A stretch of DNA of 64,000 bases, taken from the NCBI GenBank assembly GCA_032128115.1, contig JAQBHB010000047.1:1-64000 (forward strand). The letters are read 5' to 3'. This document shows positions 39,444-49,836 of the stretch, piece by piece (within the stretch, counting starts at the first letter, position 1; each line of letters opens with the position of its first letter). The notes below the pieces were generated by a model. The model worked only from the letters and a program-made list of their open reading frames with translations. It did not search any database and was not told where the DNA came from. The position numbers and the translations under genes were made by a program. This DNA comes from Deltaproteobacteria bacterium. GTDB lineage: Bacteria; Myxococcota_A; UBA9160; SMWR01.

Positions 39444-42400
39444 TTACGAAGTCGAACTGCCGTGCCGGAAGGCCGTCAGCAGCTCCTCCCGACGTTTCTG
39501 TACCGGCCCCAGCTGTTCTTCCTTCACCAGGTGGTAGCCGCGGATGTGCTCCGGGAGCCGCGCGATTTCCACCGCCAGCCCGTGGTTCGCGGGGGTGAGC
39601 CCTGCGAGCAACTCCGCGATCGTCGCCTCGTACTCCCGGATCAGGCCGCGCTCCAGACGTCGGTGCGCAGACCAGCCCGGAATGTCGAAGGGAGTGCCCC
39701 GCAGGAACTTGAGTTTCGCCAGCAGGCGAAGCGCCACGAACATCCACGACCCGAGCTTCCACTTTGCGACCCGGCCCTGGTCGTCGCGCGGAGCGAGCCA
39801 CGCCGGGAGGAACTGGGGCGAGAGGTTGAGAGCCAGTTTGTAGTCGCCCTCGAACTCGCGCTCGAGCTGGCGGCGGAACGCGCCGTCGGTATACAAGCGC
39901 GCCACCTCGTACTCGTCCTTGTAGGCCATCAGCTTGAAGAAGTAGTGGGCTACGGCCTGGGCCAGGCCGCTGTGGTCGGCGCCGAGTACGCGCTCGGCTT
40001 CGGCCACGCGTTGGACGCACTCCTCGTATTGGTGCGCATAGCCTTCGTCCTGGTATTCGGTGAGGAACTCGGCGCGTTTCGCTACCCGCTCCGCCAGCGT
40101 CTCGGGCTCGCTGCGTTTCGAGCGCAGAACCGGGCCCGCTGCCTTCTCCACCGCGGATGCATCGTGAGCGGCCAGTCGTCCCCACGCCAGGGCCCGCTTG
40201 TTCAACTCGACGGCCCGGCCGTTGAGTTCGAGGGCGCGCTCGATGGCGCGCAATGAAACGGGCAGGCGACCCAGCTGGGCCGCGTAGCCCACCAGGAACA
40301 GGTTGGTTCCGATGGCGTCGCCGAGCAGCGCAGTCGCGATCGGCGTGGCGTCCAGGAAGTGCGCGCCCGAATCGCCGGCCATCGCCCGGATCGCATCCTC
40401 CATGGTTCGACTGGAGAGGTCCATGTCCGGGTGGGTGGCGAAGTCCGATGTCGGAGACACGAATCGGTTGAAGATGGCGGTGGTCCGGCCCTTCGACATC
40501 TTCGAGAGGCTGTCCGCCTGGGAGCCCACGATGATGTCGCACCCAAGAACGAGATCGGCAGCACCCGCGGCAATGCGCGTGGCGTGCAGGTCTTCCGGGT
40601 TGCGGGCGATGCGCACGTGGCTGGTGACGGGGCCATTCTTCTGGGCGAGACCGGTTACATCGAGCACCGAGCAACCCTTTCCCTCCAGGTGGGCCGCCAT
40701 GCCAAGCAGCGCGCCCACGGTGATCACTCCCGAGCCGCCGATGCCCGTCACCAGCACGTCGAAGGGCTGTGCGGAGTCGGCGGTGGCGGGAAGCGGCAGA
40801 TTCTCGAAGGGGCCGGCGCCGCCCGGGTCGGCGGCGTCGCCGCCCTGCTTGCGCAGGCGGCCGCCCGTCACCGTCACGAAGCTCGGGCAGTAGCCCTTGA
40901 GGCACGAATAGTCCTTGTTGCAGGACGACTGGTTGATGCGGCGCTTGCGCCCGAACTCGGTTTCCACCGGCTCGATGGAGATGCAATTCGACTGCACGCT
41001 GCAGTCGCCGCAGCCCTCGCACACCATCTCGTTGATCACGATGCGGCGGTCCGGCTCGGGAAACTCGCCGCGCTTGCGCAGGCGCCGCGCTTCGGCGGCG
41101 CAGATCTGGTCGTAGACCAGCGCCGACACGCCCTCCACCTGGCGAAGCTCGCGCTGCACCCGATCCAGGTGGTCGCGGTGGTGGATCGTGACCCGATCCG
41201 GGAAGCCCGGGTCGGAGGGGTAGCGGTCCGGATCGTCGCTCACCACGGCGATGCGCTCGACGCCCTCGGCGTCGAGCTGGCGCACGATCTCCGGCACGGT
41301 GATCTCGCCCTCGATCGGCTCGCCCTCGATGGGCTGGCCTCCGGTCATGGCGACGGCGCCGTTGACCAGGATCTTGTAGGTGATGGACACCTTGGCGGCG
41401 ACGGCGGCCCGGATCGCCAACAGCCCCGAGTGGAAGTAGGTGCCGTCGCCCAGGTTCTGGAAGATGTGGGGCAGATCGGTGAACCGCGCGGCGCCGATCC
41501 AGTTGGCGCCCTCGCCGCCCATCTGGGTCACGGCCAGCGTGCGCCGCTCGGGCAGCCAGACCGCCATGCCGTGACAGCCGATACCGCCCAATGCGACGGA
41601 TTCTTCTGGCACCGCGGTCGATGTGTTGTGCGGGCAACCGGAGCAGAAGGCGGGCAGCCGCATGAGACCGGTGCTGGCGGCCACCGGGGGCTCCACAGGT
41701 GGCCGCAGCGTTGCCGCCTGCTCGGGCATGCGGCGCTGGATCCAGGCGCGAAGAATCCCGGCCAGCACGCCCGGGGTGAGTTCGCCTTCCGACGGCACGA
41801 GCGGCGCCCCGTTCTCGTCGCGTTTGCCAAGCAGACGCGGTCGCGGCTCCTGGTTGTAGAGCACTCGCGCCAGCTGCTCCTCGATCACGCCGCGCTTCTC
41901 TTCCACGACAAGCACGTCTTCGAGCCCCCGGGCGAAGCGCACGGCGCCTTCGGGCTCCAGGGGCCAGGTCAGGGCCACCTTGTAGATCGAAAGTCCCAGA
42001 TCGCGCGCGCGCGCCTCATCGAGGCCCAGTTCGTCCAGCGCCTGACGCACGTCCCGATAGGCCTTGCCGGTGGTGACGATGCCGAGGCGAGGGCGGTCGC
42101 CGGCAAGCACGACGCGGTCGAGGCCGTTGGCCCGAACGAAGGCCTGGACCGCGGGGAGCCGCTGCTGATAGAGGCGATGTTCGACGGCCAGCGGCAGGTT
42201 GGTCCACCCGATGTGCAGGCCGGCTTCGGGCATCTCGAAGTCGTCGGGCGTGACGATCTGCACGCGATCGGCGCCCACGTTCACGGAGCCCGCCGAGTCG
42301 ACCGTATCGGTCAGGCACTTGAAGCCCACCCAGCAGCCCGAGTAGCGAGACAGTGCAAAGCCGTAGAGTCCGAGATCCAGGTAGTCCTGGATGTCCGAGG

Positions 42401-42935
42401 GATTCAAGATGGGAATCCCGCAGTGGATCAGGGCCTGCTCGCTCTGATGGGCAATCGACGACGATTTCGCGCCCGGGTCGTCTCCGGTGAGCGCCAGCAC
42501 GCCGCCGCGGGCCGCCGTGCCCGCGTAGTTGCCGTGCTTGAGGGCGTCGCACGAGCGATCGACCCCCGGGCCCTTGCCGTACCAGATGCCGAACACGCCG
42601 TCGTAGCGGGCGCCCTCCAGCAGGTTGGCCTGCTGCGAGCCCCACACCGCCGTGGCCGCCAGGTCCTCGTTCACGCCGGGCTCGAAGTGCACGTGGTGCT
42701 CCTCGAGCAGGGCCTTCGCCTGCCACAGGGCCATGTCGTAGCCGCCAAGCGGCGAGCCCCGGTAGCCGGAGATGAAGCCCGCCGTGTCGAGGCCTGCCGC
42801 CCGATCGCGGTGGCGCTGCATCAAGGGCAGGCGCACCAGGGCCTGGACGCCGCTCAGATACACGCGGCCCGACTCGCGTGTATAGCGATGCTCGAGCTGG
42901 TAGCTCTCGTCGAAGCCCGTCGCAGCCTGGCTCAC
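39444..42935 (-). CDS. Indolepyruvate:ferredoxin oxidoreductase family (fused alpha/beta)
   Basis: SGYRGSPLG, WYGKGPG, FCSGCPHN, GDGTYFHSG, CEGCGDC, GLAQKNG, MAYKDEYEVARL. Confidence 0.93.
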   Translation of the reverse strand: MSQAATGFDESYQLEHRYTRESGRVYLSGVQALVRLPLMQRHRDRAAGLDTAGFISGYRGSPLGGYDMALWQAKALLEEHHVHFEPGVNEDLAATAVWGSQQANLLEGARYDGVFGIWYGKGPGVDRSCDALKHGNYAGTAARGGVLALTGDDPGAKSSSIAHQSEQALIHCGIPILNPSDIQDYLDLGLYGFALSRYSGCWVGFKCLTDTVDSAGSVNVGADRVQIVTPDDFEMPEAGLHIGWTNLPLAVEHRLYQQRLPAVQAFVRANGLDRVVLAGDRPRLGIVTTGKAYRDVRQALDELGLDEARARDLGLSIYKVALTWPLEPEGAVRFARGLEDVLVVEEKRGVIEEQLARVLYNQEPRPRLLGKRDENGAPLVPSEGELTPGVLAGILRAWIQRRMPEQAATLRPPVEPPVAASTGLMRLPAFCSGCPHNTSTAVPEESVALGGIGCHGMAVWLPERRTLAVTQMGGEGANWIGAARFTDLPHIFQNLGDGTYFHSGLLAIRAAVAAKVSITYKILVNGAVAMTGGQPIEGEPIEGEITVPEIVRQLDAEGVERIAVVSDDPDRYPSDPGFPDRVTIHHRDHLDRVQRELRQVEGVSALVYDQICAAEARRLRKRGEFPEPDRRIVINEMVCEGCGDCSVQSNCISIEPVETEFGRKRRINQSSCNKDYSCLKGYCPSFVTVTGGRLRKQGGDAADPGGAGPFENLPLPATADSAQPFDVLVTGIGGSGVITVGALLGMAAHLEGKGCSVLDVTGLAQKNGPVTSHVRIARNPEDLHATRIAAGAADLVLGCDIIVGSQADSLSKMSKGRTTAIFNRFVSPTSDFATHPDMDLSSRTMEDAIRAMAGDSGAHFLDATPIATALLGDAIGTNLFLVGYAAQLGRLPVSLRAIERALELNGRAVELNKRALAWGRLAAHDASAVEKAAGPVLRSKRSEPETLAERVAKRAEFLTEYQDEGYAHQYEECVQRVAEAERVLGADHSGLAQAVAHYFFKLMAYKDEYEVARLYTDGAFRRQLEREFEGDYKLALNLSPQFLPAWLAPRDDQGRVAKWKLGSWMFVALRLLAKLKFLRGTPFDIPGWSAHRRLERGLIREYEATIAELLAGLTPANHGLAVEIARLPEHIRGYHLVKEEQLGPVQKRREELLTAFRHGSSTS

Positions 42936-43048
42936 GTGTACCCCCGAAACGCGCCGCGGCGTGGACGATAGCGGCCCGCTGGGGCTTTTTCAGTTGCGGG
43001 GCGCGGGGAGTGGCGGTCGCCGCGATCCGTGAGCCAGTAGCGCTGGAC

Positions 43049-43756
43049 CTAGCGCTTTCGGCGCACTCCCAACTGGAGGAGCACCACCTTCGCCCGCTCC
43101 GCCCAGAACTCGCACGCCTTCTCCACATCGCCCCACTTCTCGAACAGGGTGCCGAGGCTCCTGGTGCCCGCGCGTTGGTCCACCGCGGCTGCGAGACGTT
43201 GGTTCGTGATGGAGTCGAGGACCTCGACCTCGACCGTGGCCGAGCCCACCGTCATGGCCGTGTCAGCCGTCCACCCCACCGCCATGCTCGCCAGCCGCAG
43301 CTGGGGGACAATCGCGGTGATGGTATTGAGGGGAACGTTCGCGCCCTTGGCCTGGGTGAGGGCGGCCCGGAAGCGCAGCACGTCGGGGCCCGGCCGGTCG
43401 ACGATCTTGAAGGCCATGCCGAGCTGTTTGTCGAGCGCCTTGTACAGGATGTCGGTCAGCAGCTGCCGCTGCTCGGCGCTGAGCTTCTGGGGGGCGTCGC
43501 GGTTCACCCAGAGGGTGACCGAGTCGATGTGGATGGAGTCGTAGCGCGACCACTGGGCATCCGGGTTGATGTAGACCAGCTGCGCCTGGTAGCCCTCTTT
43601 CGGCCCGAGCTGCGAGTAATCGCGCAGGAAGCCCGACTCCTTGGGTTTGCCGCGGCGCTCGCGGATTGCGGCGCAGCCGGCCGCGTTGATCAGGATCATT
43701 CCCAGGACGACCATGCCCAGGGCCCGTAGCATCGAGTGTCGAGATGCGGAACTCAT
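43049..43756 (-). CDS. DUF3313-like lipoprotein
   Basis: AAGC lipobox, SGFLRDYSQL, EVEVLDS...AAAVD. Confidence 0.8.
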   Translation of the reverse strand: MSSASRHSMLRALGMVVLGMILINAAGCAAIRERRGKPKESGFLRDYSQLGPKEGYQAQLVYINPDAQWSRYDSIHIDSVTLWVNRDAPQKLSAEQRQLLTDILYKALDKQLGMAFKIVDRPGPDVLRFRAALTQAKGANVPLNTITAIVPQLRLASMAVGWTADTAMTVGSATVEVEVLDSITNQRLAAAVDQRAGTRSLGTLFEKWGDVEKACEFWAERAKVVLLQLGVRRKR

Positions 43757-43873
43757 GGGATCACCTCCAGAAGATCGGGAGTCCGGTGCTTATCAGATGA
43801 GGCTGAATCGGTGCAAGCATACGGGCTCTCGCGTCGCGGCCTGCGGTATGGTCTGCAGCGGAGCCCCTCCCGG

Positions 43874-44707
43874 ATGAAGCTCGGCGTCACGATTCACTCC
43901 ACCGACCGGAGCATGAGTCCGGTGGACCTGGCCCGCGAGGCCGAAACCCGCGGCTTCCATTCCCTTTACATTCCCGAGCACACCCACATCCCCACCAGCC
44001 GGCGGACGCCGCCGCCCACGGGCGAAGCGGAGCTGGCCGAGGAGTACCTGCGCAGCCTGGATCCGTACGTGGCGCTGGCAGCGGCGGCTTCGGTGACTTC
44101 GACCATCCGGCTCGGCACGGGGATCGGGCTGGTGGCACAGCACGACGTCCTCACCTTTGCCAAGCAGATCGCCACCCTCGACCTGGTGTCGAACGGCCGT
44201 CTGGTGCTTGGCATCGGCTATGGCTGGAATCTCGAAGAGATGGAGAACCACGGCATCGATACGAAGCGCAGGCGTGCGCTGGTGCGCGAGAAGATGCTGG
44301 CTTGCCAGGCTCTCTGGTCGCAGGAGGTGGCGAGCTACGACGGCGAGTTCGTGCGCTTCGAGCCCAGCTGGCAGTGGCCGAAGCCCGTGCAGCAGCCGCG
44401 CCCGCGGGTGCTGATCGGCGGCGCTCCGGGACCCATCCTGTTCTCCCACATTGCGGAATACGCCGACGGCTGGATTCCCATCGGCGGCTCGGGTCTGGCC
44501 AGGGCGCTGCCCGAGCTGCGCCGCGCCGTGGAAGATCGGGGCCGAGACCCGGAAGCGCTTCACGTGGTGCCCATGGGGGTGTTCCCGGATCGGGCCAAGC
44601 TCGACCACTACGCCTCGCTCGGCGTGACCGAGGTGGTGCTGCGCCTGCCCGCGGCGCCCCGCGACCGCGTGATGCCGGTACTCGACGAGTACGCCCAATT
44701 GCTTTGA
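43874..44707 (+). CDS. LLM-class (putative F420-dependent) oxidoreductase
   Basis: PEHTHIP, LDPYVAL, LGTGI, GIGYGWN, PKPVQ. Confidence 0.88.
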   Translation: MKLGVTIHSTDRSMSPVDLAREAETRGFHSLYIPEHTHIPTSRRTPPPTGEAELAEEYLRSLDPYVALAAAASVTSTIRLGTGIGLVAQHDVLTFAKQIATLDLVSNGRLVLGIGYGWNLEEMENHGIDTKRRRALVREKMLACQALWSQEVASYDGEFVRFEPSWQWPKPVQQPRPRVLIGGAPGPILFSHIAEYADGWIPIGGSGLARALPELRRAVEDRGRDPEALHVVPMGVFPDRAKLDHYASLGVTEVVLRLPAAPRDRVMPVLDEYAQLL

Positions 44708-44726
44708 GACCCGCGCCCGGGCGCCT

Positions 44727-44763
44727 TTGACGCGTTCTGGCGTTTTCTATACGATGCGTCTCG
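44727..44763 (+). promoter_or_regulatory. Sigma70-like promoter overlapping a palindromic operator
   Basis: TTGACG-17-TACGAT; CTATACGATGCGTCTCG at 44747-44763. Confidence 0.7.
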
Positions 44764-44788
44764 AAAGTACCCGAGGGAGAGATCGAGA

Positions 44789-45676
44789 ATGGGAATCCTG
44801 GACGGCAAGGCGGTGGTGGTAACCGGCGCCGGCCGCGGCATCGGCCGCGGACACTGCCTGCATCTTGCGGAGAACGGCGCCTCGGTGATCGTGAACGACA
44901 TCGATGGCGACGAGGCGAAGACGGTTGTCGAAGAGATCGCCGCCGCGGGCGGCAAGGCCAGCGTCAACACCAGCAACATCGGGTCGCGCGAAGGCGCGAA
45001 AGAACTGGTGGAACAGTGCGTGAACGAGTTCGGCGGGATCCACGCCATCGTGAACAACGCGGGCAACGTTCGCGATCGCTCGTTCCTGAAGATGACCGAC
45101 GATGAATTCACCGCCGTATTGCAGGTGCACGTGCACGGCACCTTCATGTGCAGCCAGGAGGCGGCCCTGCGCATGCGCGATCAGGGCACGGGTGGCTGCA
45201 TCGTCAACACCGTCTCGGCGGCCCACTTCGGCAACTTCGGCCAGAGCAACTACGCGGGCTCCAAGGGCGCCATCGCGTCCATGACCTACACCTGGGCGGT
45301 GGAGCTTTCGCGCTACGGAATCCGGGCGAACGCCATCAGCCCGTCGGGCACCACCCGCATGTCGCAGAACGCGAAGGTGGGCGGCAAGGAGATCAAGTTC
45401 CCGTTCATCGATCCGGCGCTCAACGGCCCCTTCGTGGCCTACCTGTGCAGCGACGAGGCCAACTGGATCACCGGTCAGATCTTCGGCACCGGCGGCGACC
45501 GGGTGATCGTGCTCGAGCAGCCCCGGTACGGCACCGGCATGTTCAAGGACGGCGGCTGGTCGGTAGACGACCTCCTGAAGCACTTCAAGACCACCCTGGG
45601 AAGCAAGCTCGAGCCCTTCGGTCTGATGAAGGCGCCCTACGCCTTTTACGACGGAGTGAAGCGCCAGGGCGAGTGA
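44789..45676 (+). CDS. SDR, 3-hydroxyacyl-CoA dehydrogenase-like (MFE-2 type)
   Basis: TGAGRGIG, VNDI, NNAG..RD, GNFGQSNYAGSK. Confidence 0.9.
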   Translation: MGILDGKAVVVTGAGRGIGRGHCLHLAENGASVIVNDIDGDEAKTVVEEIAAAGGKASVNTSNIGSREGAKELVEQCVNEFGGIHAIVNNAGNVRDRSFLKMTDDEFTAVLQVHVHGTFMCSQEAALRMRDQGTGGCIVNTVSAAHFGNFGQSNYAGSKGAIASMTYTWAVELSRYGIRANAISPSGTTRMSQNAKVGGKEIKFPFIDPALNGPFVAYLCSDEANWITGQIFGTGGDRVIVLEQPRYGTGMFKDGGWSVDDLLKHFKTTLGSKLEPFGLMKAPYAFYDGVKRQGE

Positions 45677-45702
45677 CGCGGGTGTCGGCGGAGGAGGCGA
45701 AC

Positions 45703-46506
45703 ATGGATTTCGAGACCATCCTGTACGAGAAGCAGGACGGCGTCGTCACCCTCACCCTCAATCGTCCCGAGCGGCACAACGCGATCACGCTGCAGATGGC
45801 GCGAGATCTGAAACAGGCCTGGGATTCGGTGCAGAGGGATCCCGAGGTGGTCTGCGCGATCCTCACCGGCGCAGGCGACAGGGCCCTGTGCACCGGCATC
45901 GACGTGGCCGATGTGGCCGATGGCACCAACACCCGCAAGACCGGCGACGACAGTCGCGAGAACGTGCCCTGGTTCCAGTTGACGGCGGTGCAGAACCGCT
46001 GCTGGAAGCCGGTGATCACCGCCGTGAACGGGATGGTCTGCGGCGGGGGGCTGCACTTCATCGCCGACAGCGATCTCGTCGTGTGCTCCGAAACCGCCAC
46101 GTTCTTTGACACCCACGTGAAGGTGGGGCTGGTGGCGGGGCTCGAGCCCGTGGGTCTCGCGCGTCGCATTCCCCTGGAGGCGGTGCTGCGCATGGCGCTG
46201 CTGGGGGGGGCCGAGCGCATGAGCGCCCAGGAGGCCAAGCGGCTGGGCCTGGTGGGAGACGTGGTGCCCCCGGATCAGGTGATGCCCCGGGCCCGGGAGC
46301 TGGCCAGCCTGATGTGCCAGCATTCACCTACGGCTCTCGCGCTTTCCAAGCGCGCCATCTGGGAGAGCCTCGACCGGGGGCTCGACGACGCGCTCGGTCA
46401 CACCTGGGACATCATCCGCAGTCATACGGCGCATCCCGACCTGAAAGAGGGCGCCGTTGCCTTCGTCGAGAAACGAAAACCCCGCTGGGCCCCGTTTACG
46501 GGCTAG
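45703..46506 (+). CDS. Enoyl-CoA hydratase/isomerase family
   Basis: LNRPERHNA, CTGID, AVNGMVCGGG, FVEKRKP; GGAGGAGG RBS. Confidence 0.9.
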   Translation: MDFETILYEKQDGVVTLTLNRPERHNAITLQMARDLKQAWDSVQRDPEVVCAILTGAGDRALCTGIDVADVADGTNTRKTGDDSRENVPWFQLTAVQNRCWKPVITAVNGMVCGGGLHFIADSDLVVCSETATFFDTHVKVGLVAGLEPVGLARRIPLEAVLRMALLGGAERMSAQEAKRLGLVGDVVPPDQVMPRARELASLMCQHSPTALALSKRAIWESLDRGLDDALGHTWDIIRSHTAHPDLKEGAVAFVEKRKPRWAPFTG

Positions 46507-46523
46507 CGGCCAGGGAGTCAAGC

Positions 46524-48002
46524 ATGGCCACACTTCCCCCCCTCGATCCGGAACACCGCCTGTTGATTGATGGAGAGCTGCGCGAAGCCAGCAACGGGGC
46601 CTCCTTCGATAACATCAATCCGGCCACCGAGGAGGTGCTCGGCACCTGCGCCGACGGCACCAAGGAAGACATGGGCGCGGCGGTGGCGGCTGCGCGCCGC
46701 GCCTTCGACGAGACGGGCTGGTCTCTCGATGCGAGCTTCCGGAAGAAGTGCTTGATGCAGCTGCACGCGGCGCTCACCGAAGACAAGGAACATCTGCGCG
46801 CGCTGGTGGTGGCCGAGGCCGGGTCGCCCATCCTGCTCACCTACTCGGTGCAGGTGAACACCTACATCGACGATGTTCCCTACTGGGCCGACCTGGCGGC
46901 GAGCTACCCGTACGAAGAGCCCATGTCGGACATCCAGTTCATGGGCCAGACCATGCGCCGCCTGATGCGGCGCGAGCCCCGCGGCGTGATCGGTGCCATC
47001 ACGCCCTGGAACTTCCCGCTGTACCTGAACCTGTGCAAGCTGGCGCCGGCCCTGGCAGCCGGCAACACGGTGGTGCTCAAGCCGGCGCCGGACACACCCT
47101 GGTGCGCCACCCAGTTGGGGCGGCTCATCGCCGAGAAGACGGAGATTCCCGCCGGCGTGGTGAACATCGTGGCATCGTCGGATCACATGGTGGGCGAGGT
47201 GCTCACGCGAGATCCGCGGGTCGATATGGTCACCTTCACCGGCTCCACGGCCACCGGGCGTCGCGTGATGGAGGCGGGAGCCGCCACCATCAAGAACGTC
47301 TTCCTGGAGCTGGGAGGCAAGTCGGCTCACATCGTGCTTGACGACATCGACGTGGCGAAGGTGGCGGGCATGATCGCAGCCAGCTGCACCCACGCCGGTC
47401 AGGGCTGCGCCATCCCCACGCGCCTGCTGCTGCCGCGCTCCCAGTACGAAAAGGGCCTCGAGCTGGTGAAGGCCTCCTTCGAGGCGCTGAACTACGGCGA
47501 TCCCACCCAGCCGCAGAACCTGATGGGGCCCGTGGTGAGCAAGAAACAGCACGAGCGCGTTCTCGGATACATCGAGAAGGGCGTGAGCGAAGGAGCGCGC
47601 CTTCTCACCGGAGGCGGTGTGCCGAAGCACCTGCCCCGGGGCTACTTCATCGAGCCCACCCTGTTCGCCGACGTGGATCCCGACGCCACCATCGCCCAGG
47701 AGGAGATCTTCGGTCCGGTGATGGCGGTGATCCCCTACGAGGACGACGACGATGCGGTGCGCATCGCGAACAACTCGATCTACGGTCTTTCGGGGGCGAT
47801 CAGCGGCGGGAGCGAGGAGCGGGCGCTGGCCGTGGCGCGGCGCATCCGCACCGGAACACTCGCCATCAACGGAGGCCAGTGGTTCTCGGTGGACACGCCC
47901 TTCGGTGGCTACCGCCAGAGTGGCGTGGGCCGCGAGAACGGACGCCTCGGCTTCGAGGAGTATCTCGAGACCAAGGTGATGGGGCTTCCCGGAGCGAAGT
48001 GA
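46524..48002 (+). CDS. Aldehyde dehydrogenase
   Basis: ITPWNFP, FTGS, LELGGKS, GQGC, EEIFGP, PFGG. Confidence 0.94.
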   Translation: MATLPPLDPEHRLLIDGELREASNGASFDNINPATEEVLGTCADGTKEDMGAAVAAARRAFDETGWSLDASFRKKCLMQLHAALTEDKEHLRALVVAEAGSPILLTYSVQVNTYIDDVPYWADLAASYPYEEPMSDIQFMGQTMRRLMRREPRGVIGAITPWNFPLYLNLCKLAPALAAGNTVVLKPAPDTPWCATQLGRLIAEKTEIPAGVVNIVASSDHMVGEVLTRDPRVDMVTFTGSTATGRRVMEAGAATIKNVFLELGGKSAHIVLDDIDVAKVAGMIAASCTHAGQGCAIPTRLLLPRSQYEKGLELVKASFEALNYGDPTQPQNLMGPVVSKKQHERVLGYIEKGVSEGARLLTGGGVPKHLPRGYFIEPTLFADVDPDATIAQEEIFGPVMAVIPYEDDDDAVRIANNSIYGLSGAISGGSEERALAVARRIRTGTLAINGGQWFSVDTPFGGYRQSGVGRENGRLGFEEYLETKVMGLPGAK

Positions 48003-48023
48003 GCCGCCGGGTGCGCGCCGCGG

Positions 48024-48893
48024 CTACGGCTCGAAGGGGCCCTTGCCCAGCTGATCCCGGATCGGTGTGAATTCGGGCATGAGCATGGCGCGGCGCTGCC
48101 AGTTGGCGCCGTCCACCACCAGGGTGTGTCCGCTGATGTAGCGCGCGTAGGGTGAAGCCAGGAAGGTGGCGGCCCAGCCCAGCTCGCGCGGGTGTCCCAC
48201 GCGTCCCGCCGGCGCCCGCGCAGCCTCTCGCTGGCCCCGCTCGGGCACGCCCCGGATTGCCGCCACCTCGTCCTCGTGGGGCATGAGCCCCGGCACCAGG
48301 GAGTTCACGCGGATGCCATAGGGCGCCCACTCGACCGCCAGGCTCTCGGTCATGTTCTTGACGCCCGCCTTGGCGGCCGCCGAGTGGGCGAATCCCGGGC
48401 CGCCGGTCCAGGCGTAGGACGCACCGATGTTGATCACACTGCCCGGGGTTCCCGCCGCCATGTGCCGGCGCGCAAATTCGCGCGAGCAATAGAAGGTGCC
48501 GTTCAGCACGATGTCGACCACGGTGCGCCAGGCATTGGGGCTCATGTCTTCGGCGGGCACCGGGAAGTTTCCAGCGGCGTTGTTCACGAGCACGTCCGGC
48601 GAGCCCAATTGCGTTTCCACGGAATCGAAGGCCGCAGCCACCTGGTCGGGTTGGCGGATGTCGCAGGCCACGCCCACCGCCCGTCCCCCCGCCGCCTCGA
48701 CGGCCGCCGCGCCTGCGGCCCGGTGCTCATCCTTGCGGCTCAGGATGGCCACCTGCGCGCCCAGGCGGGCGAACTCCACGGCCATGGCCTTGCCCAGGCC
48801 GGTTCCGCCGCCGGTGACGATGACCGTCTGGCCCTCGTAGGTTCCCTTGGGGAGTGCAGAGGCGCCCAACTCGGGCGGATCGGGAAGACCCAT
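48024..48893 (-). CDS. SDR, 2,4-dienoyl-CoA reductase-like
   Basis: TGGGTGLG, NNAAGNF, HSAAAKAG. Confidence 0.88.
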   Translation of the reverse strand: MGLPDPPELGASALPKGTYEGQTVIVTGGGTGLGKAMAVEFARLGAQVAILSRKDEHRAAGAAAVEAAGGRAVGVACDIRQPDQVAAAFDSVETQLGSPDVLVNNAAGNFPVPAEDMSPNAWRTVVDIVLNGTFYCSREFARRHMAAGTPGSVINIGASYAWTGGPGFAHSAAAKAGVKNMTESLAVEWAPYGIRVNSLVPGLMPHEDEVAAIRGVPERGQREAARAPAGRVGHPRELGWAATFLASPYARYISGHTLVVDGANWQRRAMLMPEFTPIRDQLGKGPFEP

Positions 48894-49005
48894 GGCGTCT
48901 CTCCTGAAAGGATTCGTGGATGGCGATCAGACGCAGTTTCACCGAGAGCGGGCCTCGCCGTCAAACCCGCATCCTCGTGATAGGCTGTGGCCCGGAGGTC
49001 CCCGC

Positions 49006-49821
49006 GTGGCCACATCGCGTTCGATCGACACCGGAACCGAGCAGCTGCTGTGCCGGGTCGAAGATCGGGTGGCGTGGGTCACGCTCAACCGGCCCGAGTC
49101 GCGCAATGCCCTGACTCTCGAGCTCAAGGAGGGGCTGCTGCGGCTGCTGCCTGCGCTTGGCGCCGATCCGGACGTGGGGTGTCTGCTGCTCACCGGTGCC
49201 GGAACCGCCTTCTGCGCCGGCGGTGACACCAAGGCCATGGCCGAGGACGGGCGTCTGCCCGAGCCCGAAGAGCGCAAGCGCATGTTGCGCCGCGAGCACG
49301 GCGTACCCCTGGCGCTGCACCGGTTCGAGAAGCCGGTGGTGGCGGCGCTGCCGGGCCCGGCGGCGGGAGCGGGCTTGTCCCTGGCCCTGTCTTGCGACCT
49401 GCGCATCGCGGCCGAGAGTGCCTTCGTCACCACTGCGTACTCCCGATTGGCCCTGAGTGGCGACTACGGGGGCACCTGGTTCCTGACCCGGTTGGTGGGC
49501 ACCGCGAAGGCGCGGGAGCTCTATTTCACATCCGACCGGATCGACGCCGCCGAGTGCGAGCGCCTGGGAATCGTAAATCGGGTGGTTCCCGATGCGGACC
49601 TCGCGAAGGAGGCCTTTGCATTGGCGGCGCGCATCGGCGCGGGGCCTCCCATCGCACTGCGCTACATGAAGGAGAACCTGAACCGCGCGCTGGGCGAGTC
49701 ACTCGAGTCGTGTCTCGACGTGGAGGCCGAGCGCATGGTGCAGGGGGCCCAGACCGAGGACTATCTCGAGGCCGTGAAGGCCTTTTCCGAGAAGCGTGCG
49801 CCGGTCTTCCGGGGCCGCTGA
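49006..49821 (+). CDS. Enoyl-CoA hydratase/isomerase family (PaaG-like)
   Basis: LNRPESRNA, FCAGGD, AAGAGLSLAL, LSGDYGG. Confidence 0.9.
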   Translation: MATSRSIDTGTEQLLCRVEDRVAWVTLNRPESRNALTLELKEGLLRLLPALGADPDVGCLLLTGAGTAFCAGGDTKAMAEDGRLPEPEERKRMLRREHGVPLALHRFEKPVVAALPGPAAGAGLSLALSCDLRIAAESAFVTTAYSRLALSGDYGGTWFLTRLVGTAKARELYFTSDRIDAAECERLGIVNRVVPDADLAKEAFALAARIGAGPPIALRYMKENLNRALGESLESCLDVEAERMVQGAQTEDYLEAVKAFSEKRAPVFRGR

Positions 49822-49836
49822 CGCCAGGAGAACCCC

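Noticed and set aside
40359..42971. 870-aa plus-strand ORF
   Set aside because: Antisense shadow of the IOR-family gene
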